In this document: piece by piece, positions 58,693-64,000 of the stretch
Layout: each line of letters starts with the position of its first letter
Numbering within the stretch: the stretch's first letter is position 1
Assembly: GCA_037620605.1 (NCBI GenBank)
Contig: JASJLO010000021.1
Coordinates: forward strand, 48,415 to 112,414
Direction: 5' to 3'
DNA length: 64,000 nt
Source of the DNA: Candidatus Planktophila sp.
Lineage (GTDB): Bacteria; Actinomycetota; Actinomycetes; Nanopelagicales; Nanopelagicaceae
Program-made: the position numbers and the translations under genes
Notes under the pieces: model-generated
What the model was told of the DNA's origin: nothing
The model's database searches: none
The model's input: only the letters and a program-made list of their open reading frames with translations

Positions 58693-59220
58693 TTAAAAAA
58701 GTGTGCGGTCTACTAATAACTCAGCTTGTTCGCGCGATTGCTTGGCGCTAAGTGGTTGTAATACCTGTCCAATTAGCCATCTCATCGCAACGCCAGTTCC
58801 AGCCTCAGATTTTGTCGCGCTATAGATGCAGCGCGCCATATCCAAATAGAGATGATGTTCGGAGTGTGCCAATAACTGTGTAATAACGGCTTGGTCATGG
58901 ATACGCATCGCAGCCAGAGCGGTATCCGTTGATATATAAATAGAGAGTTTCTCAAGTGCATCAGCTGGCGTACCAGCTTTTTCAGCAATCTCAATTAAAT
59001 AGCATACTTCAGCTGAGATAAGTGCGGAGATTACGGAGTTTTTATCGCGGTAGTGGTTATATAAAGTTGCTCGCGAGACCTCTGAAGCGTCTGCGATCTC
59101 AATCATGGAAATATTAGATAACCCGAATTTAGCGATGAGCATTTTGGTGCCTTCTAAAATCGCACCTTCGGTGCGCCGGTGCGTTGCGCCTTGTGTAGCG
59201 TATTTAGGCTGCGTCAACAA
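58693..59220 (-). CDS. TetR-family transcriptional regulator
   Basis: N-terminal HTH ([27 protein letters not shown]) plus a helical ligand-binding domain. The TTG start is uncertain. Confidence 0.8.
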   Translation of the reverse strand: MLTQPKYATQGATHRRTEGAILEGTKMLIAKFGLSNISMIEIADASEVSRATLYNHYRDKNSVISALISAEVCYLIEIAEKAGTPADALEKLSIYISTDTALAAMRIHDQAVITQLLAHSEHHLYLDMARCIYSATKSEAGTGVAMRWLIGQVLQPLSAKQSREQAELLVDRTLF

Positions 59221-59470
59221 CGGACAACTTCGCGCTCTCGCGAATTTTTAGTTCTAGCGAGACGTTGGCGATCACATTTGAAAGAGTTAAACCTAAAGCT
59301 ACACAGATCGCATTTAAAAGCTCAGATGATGCCTCTTTCTGACCTCGTTCTACCTCAGAGAGATAGCCGAGTGAAACGCGCGCTGCTCGCGCTACATCGC
59401 GTAAGGTGCGCGATTGCTCAGTGCGAGCAGCGCGCAAGGTCTGACCAACGGCTTCACGTAAGAGCGCCAA
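59204..59470 (-). CDS. clgR: XRE-family HTH regulator ClgR
   Basis: (M)[51 protein letters not shown] resembles ClgR. The TTG at 59470 lies 6 nt after GGAAGGGG, and the position next to cinA-pgsA fits. Confidence 0.8.
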   Translation of the reverse strand: MALLREAVGQTLRAARTEQSRTLRDVARAARVSLGYLSEVERGQKEASSELLNAICVALGLTLSNVIANVSLELKIRESAKLSVVDAA

Positions 59471-59506
59471 TTTGATCCCCTTCCTCACGTATTTAAAGAG
59501 AGCGGC

Positions 59507-60004
59507 CTAGCTCTCATCTTCTTGTCTAAGGATACGGGCAAATGAGGCTATCGCGCTGGCAATAGTGGCGTTTCTAACGATTTCACGTTCACCTGAGAGC
59601 GAAAGTTCTATCACTTGGGTCCGCGGTCCGACAAATGCTACAAATACGGTTCCCGGTTCTGCGCCATCGGCCGGCCCTGGCCCTGCTACACCAGTAGTTG
59701 CAATGGCCCAAGTAGAGCCAAATAATTTATTTGCCCCCACAGCCATTGCGATGGCAACTTCCTCGCTCACGACAGATTTCTGAGCAATCAAATCTGAACT
59801 GACGCCAAGTTGGGATACTTTGATTTCTGGTCGGTACGCAACTATCGAACCTAAAAAAATATCTGCGGCACCTGGAATTATCGTAAGGGCGCTACTTAGA
59901 CCACCAGCCGTCAGTGACTCAGCGGTAGAAAGCGTCTGGTTCTTGGCGCGTAGTGATTTATGTACTTTAGAGATTAATCCCAGTATCTCATTAGATATCT
60001 CCAT
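59507..60004 (-). CDS. pncC: CinA-family nicotinamide-nucleotide amidohydrolase (PncC domain only)
   Basis: TAESLTAGGLSS and TGVAGPG motifs, 165 aa. Confidence 0.88.
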   Translation of the reverse strand: MEISNEILGLISKVHKSLRAKNQTLSTAESLTAGGLSSALTIIPGAADIFLGSIVAYRPEIKVSQLGVSSDLIAQKSVVSEEVAIAMAVGANKLFGSTWAIATTGVAGPGPADGAEPGTVFVAFVGPRTQVIELSLSGEREIVRNATIASAIASFARILRQEDES

Positions 60005-60027
60005 AGCAAATCCTCTCGTTCTCTAAA

Positions 60028-60567
60028 CTATTTTTTAAATGCAGATCTAACATAGTAGGCGCCGGTCCAGAGCGTAACAAGGATTGTTATATACATGAAT
60101 CCATCTCTAAACCAGTAAAGGTTTGGATCAAGCGGTAGTACATAAAAGCCAGTACCGAATCCTTGTAGCGCAGCTTTAATCTTGCCGCCTTTATTTGCAG
60201 GAATTACGCCACGCTTAACGATCGATATTCGAAATAATGTGATGGCAATCTCGCGAGCCATAATTACGATAGTAATCCACCACGGTAAGCGGCCTATTAT
60301 CGACAGACATACCATGGCAGTTCCAACCATTGCTTTATCTGCGACTGGATCAAGAAATTTTCCAAGTTCGGTAACTTGCTGGCGACTGCGTGCTAGCTTT
60401 CCATCAAAAATATCAGATAGACCAAGGATAAAAAAGATCCACCAGGAGACTATCTGCCAGTTGTAATCATCGCCTCCATTGATAAAGAGAGCGATCGCGC
60501 CAAAGGGAATCAATAATAATCGTGCAATAGTCAGCGAGTTGGGAGTGATAACGGCAGGAATTATCAC
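60028..60567 (-). CDS. pgsA: CDP-diacylglycerol--glycerol-3-phosphate 3-phosphatidyltransferase
   Basis: CDP-alcohol phosphatidyltransferase motif DIFDGKLAR...[10 protein letters not shown]. Confidence 0.9.
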   Translation of the reverse strand: MIIPAVITPNSLTIARLLLIPFGAIALFINGGDDYNWQIVSWWIFFILGLSDIFDGKLARSRQQVTELGKFLDPVADKAMVGTAMVCLSIIGRLPWWITIVIMAREIAITLFRISIVKRGVIPANKGGKIKAALQGFGTGFYVLPLDPNLYWFRDGFMYITILVTLWTGAYYVRSAFKK

Positions 60568-61946
60568 AGCGCACTTGCCACCAAATCCGCACCCATGGAA
60601 TCTACAACTACGGCATCTATATATTGCCCGACTTGAAATTGTGTTCCAATAAATGAAGTCGTGCCATCTACTTCAGGTCCCTGATGTGCTGCGCGACCCT
60701 CCTGTAAATCTTGATCTTCGATCAAAACTCTCACATTTTCACCGATACGTGATGCAGCGCGAAGTGAAACCATCTCATCAGCAAGTGAAGAAAGTGATTC
60801 CAGACGCGACTTTATTAAGTCTTCATCAACTTTGTCAGATAAATCAAGAGCCTCTGTATTGTCTTCATCAGAGTATGCAAATATGCCGATCGCATCTAAC
60901 TTTGCAGCGCTGACGAAATTTGCTAAATCAGCAAAATCACTATCGTTCTCTCCAGGAAATCCGACTATAAAATTAGAGCGAATTCCTGCCGTGGGTGAAA
61001 GTGCGCGAATTTGGCTAATTAATTGTAAAAATTTTTCAGAGTCACCAAAGCGTCGCATTCGCCGCAACACAGTAGGGCTGGTGTGTTGGAAAGAGAGATC
61101 GAAATATGGAGCAACTTTCTCGTTCTCAGCCATTGCTTGCAAAAGAGATGGCCGCATCTCAGCAGGCTGCAAATATGACAACCTAACCCTTTCGATACCA
61201 GATATAGCTACAAATTCTGGCAAGAGTTTCTCCATTAATTTTAAGTCACCTAAATCTTTTCCGTAAGATGTCGTATTTTCGCTGACTAGAAATAGTTCGG
61301 AGACTCCATTATTGGCTAGCCAGCGCCCTTCTTCAAGAATTTCTGTTGGCTTGCGTGAAATAAATGAGCCCCGAAAATAGGGAATTGCACAGAATGAACA
61401 GCGCCGGTCACAGCCAGATGCAATCTTTAGCGGTGCCCATGGTGCATCGCCTAATCGTTTACGAAAGAGTGATCCGCCCGCCCCAAGTGTTGATGCATAA
61501 GATTCATCGCGCGCAGCCGGCCTATCAGCCGGTGCAATAGGTAAGAGGGAGCGACGATCACGTGGCACGTGCGGTGTGTGGGCATTTCCAGAGAGAATTG
61601 ACTGCAGTCGAGCGGAGATATCTTGATAATCATCGAAACCTAAGATTGCATCTGCTTCAGGTAGTGCGCCAGCCAATTCTCGACCATAGCGTTCTGCCAT
61701 ACAACCTACCGCTACGACCGCGCGCGTTGTGCCATGGCCTTTAAGTGAATTGGCTTCTAAGAGGGCATCAATCGAATCTTTTTTAGCAGATTCAATAAAG
61801 CCGCATGTATTTACAACTGCTACTTCTGCGCTTTCGACATCAGAGACTAAAGTCCAACCATCGGCAGCTAGCCGACCAGCCAACTCTTCTGAGTCAACTT
61901 CATTACGGGCGCAACCCATAGTGACGATAGCAACTGTGCGACTCAT
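60564..61946 (-). CDS. rimO: Ribosomal protein S12 methylthiotransferase RimO
   Basis: N-terminal MTTase cluster ([12 protein letters not shown]), the radical-SAM motif [11 protein letters not shown] and a TRAM domain. Confidence 0.9.
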   Translation of the reverse strand: MSRTVAIVTMGCARNEVDSEELAGRLAADGWTLVSDVESAEVAVVNTCGFIESAKKDSIDALLEANSLKGHGTTRAVVAVGCMAERYGRELAGALPEADAILGFDDYQDISARLQSILSGNAHTPHVPRDRRSLLPIAPADRPAARDESYASTLGAGGSLFRKRLGDAPWAPLKIASGCDRRCSFCAIPYFRGSFISRKPTEILEEGRWLANNGVSELFLVSENTTSYGKDLGDLKLMEKLLPEFVAISGIERVRLSYLQPAEMRPSLLQAMAENEKVAPYFDLSFQHTSPTVLRRMRRFGDSEKFLQLISQIRALSPTAGIRSNFIVGFPGENDSDFADLANFVSAAKLDAIGIFAYSDEDNTEALDLSDKVDEDLIKSRLESLSSLADEMVSLRAASRIGENVRVLIEDQDLQEGRAAHQGPEVDGTTSFIGTQFQVGQYIDAVVVDSMGADLVASAL

Positions 61947-61973
61947 TTGGCAGATAGTACAGCGTTTAACGAA

Positions 61974-62708
61974 TTACTTTCTTCTAAAAGTCTCACGAAC
62001 CTCTTGATTGCGCACGCCAAGTGGCGCCAATTTCTGACCATTTAAGGTCAAGTCGAGGTCTCCTGCGTTACTTAGGTAAATGCTTATCGAATTATCTGCT
62101 GCGAAAGTCTTTATATCCCCCTGAAAGAGCGCGCCTTTATAGAGGTGCCTGCCCGCAACTACAACATCAATACTTGAATTTCCACGAGTCGCCGAAATGG
62201 TCAGCTCCAATTTTCCGCTCTTGACCTCTTGATCGACGGGGAAACTGCTAGAACTCGCTAGAGGGGTTGCTTTGGCAGAAGGGGCAACTGTTGGTGAAAT
62301 CTTTGCCCTTGGTAAAACAGTTGTACTTGAATTTGAGACGATTATCTGTACGGTTGCCACTGCGGCTAAAACTATAACCGAAGTAATTGCTAAAGACTTC
62401 CAAGAAATTTTTCTACCTTCGGTAGCAAATTTCGTAACATTATTTTCAACCAACATGTCGTGAATTTTGCGAGATTCTGTTGAGTGCTCCTGGTCATAAA
62501 GATCTAGTAACTCTTGAGCTTCAATGCCAATTATAGGAGCAATATTTCTGAGATGTCCCCTCGCATATGTATCACCGCCGCAATGAACGAAATTATTCTT
62601 TTCAATTTCATTTAGCAATCCGGCTCGAATACTTGTTCGTGATGTAAGTTCGTCAATGCTAAGACCCGCGCGTTCGCGTTGGCTTTGCAGAAACTCACCC
62701 AGTGTCAT
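61974..62708 (-). CDS. RodZ-like HTH membrane protein (HTH_25 + TM + DUF4115-like C-terminus)
   Basis: N-terminal Cro/C1 HTH (LGEFLQSQRERAGLSIDELTSRT), one TM segment (LAITSVIVLAAVATVQIIV), and a C-terminal beta-rich domain. Confidence 0.7.
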   Translation of the reverse strand: MTLGEFLQSQRERAGLSIDELTSRTSIRAGLLNEIEKNNFVHCGGDTYARGHLRNIAPIIGIEAQELLDLYDQEHSTESRKIHDMLVENNVTKFATEGRKISWKSLAITSVIVLAAVATVQIIVSNSSTTVLPRAKISPTVAPSAKATPLASSSSFPVDQEVKSGKLELTISATRGNSSIDVVVAGRHLYKGALFQGDIKTFAADNSISIYLSNAGDLDLTLNGQKLAPLGVRNQEVRETFRRK

Positions 62709-62852
62709 TACAACTCACAGTTCTCGAAGAAGATTAAAAACGCGACAGGCTAAATTCTACGACTATCAGCCATAGAGGGGTAGTCGTAGAGGAATATTTT
62801 TAGCGACCTCATCCACCCAGGTACTCCATTATTGAGCCTATCTGCCTCTATT

Positions 62853-64000
62853 TTAATAATCTCGAAGAGTCGAAAGCACAGAGTCCAACTCATCGGCTTT
62901 TACCATTACAACTCTAGCCTTTGAACCTTCGGATGGTCCGACTATACCGCGAGATTCCATTAAATCCATCAGCCTGCCAGCTTTGGCAAACCCAACTCGC
63001 AACTTGCGCTGTAACATCGAGGTAGATCCAAATTGCGTTCCGACAACAAGTTCAATCGCCTGGAGCAAGATATCTAAATCATCACCAATTTCTTTATCAA
63101 TCATTTTATTATTTTTCGGAGGAACAGTTACATCTTCACGATATCGAGGTGATAATTGTTTTTTAACGTGCGAAGTAACCGCTTCGATCTCGCGCTCTGA
63201 CACATATGCACCTTGGATGCGTATTGCCCGCGATGCCCCCATTGGTATAAAGAGGCCATCGCCCTGTCCAACTAACTTTTCCGCACCCGGACTATCTAAA
63301 ATAACGCGGCTATCGGCAAGTGAGCTAGTTGCAAAAGATAAGCGCGATGGAACATTAGCTTTTATTAAACCAGTTACTACATCCACAGATGGGCGCTGCG
63401 TAGCAAGGACTAGATGTATACCGGCCGATCTGGCTAACTGAGTAATTCGCACTACCGATTCTTCGACTTCACGGGCAGCAATCATCATTAAATCAGCTAA
63501 CTCATCGATAATCACAAGTAGGTAAGGATATGGCTCGACGATTCGATCGCTTCCGGGAGGTGTGATCACTTTTCCAGCTCGGACAGCCTTATTAAAATCA
63601 TCAATATGTCTAAATCCAAATGTCGAAAGGTCTTCATAACGCAAATCCATTTCGCGTACCACCCAAGTTAGCGCATCGGCAGCCTTCTTGGGATTTGTAA
63701 TAATCGGTGTTACTAGATGCGGAATACCTTCATAAGCAGTTAGTTCAACTCGCTTGGGATCGATTAAAACCAGGCGCACTTCATCAGGAGTTGCCCGCAT
63801 TAAAATAGATGTGATCATCGCATTAATCATTGACGATTTACCAGCCCCAGTAGCACCTGCCACTAATAGGTGCGGCATTTTGGCCAAGTTGGCGCAGACA
63901 AAGTTACCTTCCACATCTTTGCCAAGGGCTACCAACAATGGATGGTGATCTTGACCTGCCACGCTTGAGCGCATGACATCGCCCAAAGCGACAATTTCCC
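62853..64000 (-). CDS. ftsK: DNA translocase FtsK/SpoIIIE (C-terminal motor + gamma domain; 5' end outside window)
   Basis: [15 protein letters not shown] Walker [14 protein letters not shown] Walker B and the gamma wHTH ([20 protein letters not shown]). The frame stays open upstream of the track start to position 64000. Confidence 0.93.
   Translation of the reverse strand, partial: EIVALGDVMRSSVAGQDHHPLLVALGKDVEGNFVCANLAKMPHLLVAGATGAGKSSMINAMITSILMRATPDEVRLVLIDPKRVELTAYEGIPHLVTPIITNPKKAADALTWVVREMDLRYEDLSTFGFRHIDDFNKAVRAGKVITPPGSDRIVEPYPYLLVIIDELADLMMIAAREVEESVVRITQLARSAGIHLVLATQRPSVDVVTGLIKANVPSRLSFATSSLADSRVILDSPGAEKLVGQGDGLFIPMGASRAIRIQGAYVSEREIEAVTSHVKKQLSPRYREDVTVPPKNNKMIDKEIGDDLDILLQAIELVVGTQFGSTSMLQRKLRVGFAKAGRLMDLMESRGIVGPSEGSKARVVMVKADELDSVLSTLRDY

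Overview
This window is a densely packed, mid-GC stretch of conserved core chromosome, most likely from a streamlined actinobacterium; a freshwater acI/Nanopelagicales-like lineage is my guess only. From memory, gene order follows several mycobacterial neighbourhoods: TB16.3-fadD15-pimB'-ripC; DUF3000-rnd-dxs; trmA-ceoBC-dut-DUF3093-DUF4193; hflX-dapF-miaA-miaB; rpsP-KH-rimM-trmD; ffh-glnD-glnB-amt-ftsY-smc-rnc; coaD-rsmD-recG-rpmB-thiL-ddl-gpsA-hupB-leuDC-iclR; recX-recA-clgR-cinA-pgsA-rimO-ftsK. I call about 70 CDS. Two are missing from the ORF track: rpmF (57 aa) and a partial ROK glucokinase at the left edge. Many start codons were refined from family N-termini. Start/stop overlaps (ATGA, GTGA, TAATG) and convergent 3' overlaps are frequent. 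I see no rRNA, tRNA, CRISPR, transposase, integrase, phage or defence-type genes, and no compositional island. I cannot point to a convincing novel multi-gene system; this looks like an ordinary housekeeping region. The observations most worth a second look are: (1) a sensor-less 189-aa histidine kinase plus NarL regulator translationally coupled to a FadD15-like ligase; (2) a GT4 glycosyltransferase whose conserved N-terminus is reachable only through a -1 frame change at an A4 run; (3) a 33-bp tandem repeat (2.7 copies) carrying a 14-bp inverted repeat between acn and dxs; (4) a recA control region with one LexA box and two RecA-NDp-like motifs; (5) two exact 11-mers recurring only in intergenic DNA (TGCGACACGCC upstream of DUF4193, hupB and recA; AACAAATCTGT upstream of amt and glnD).
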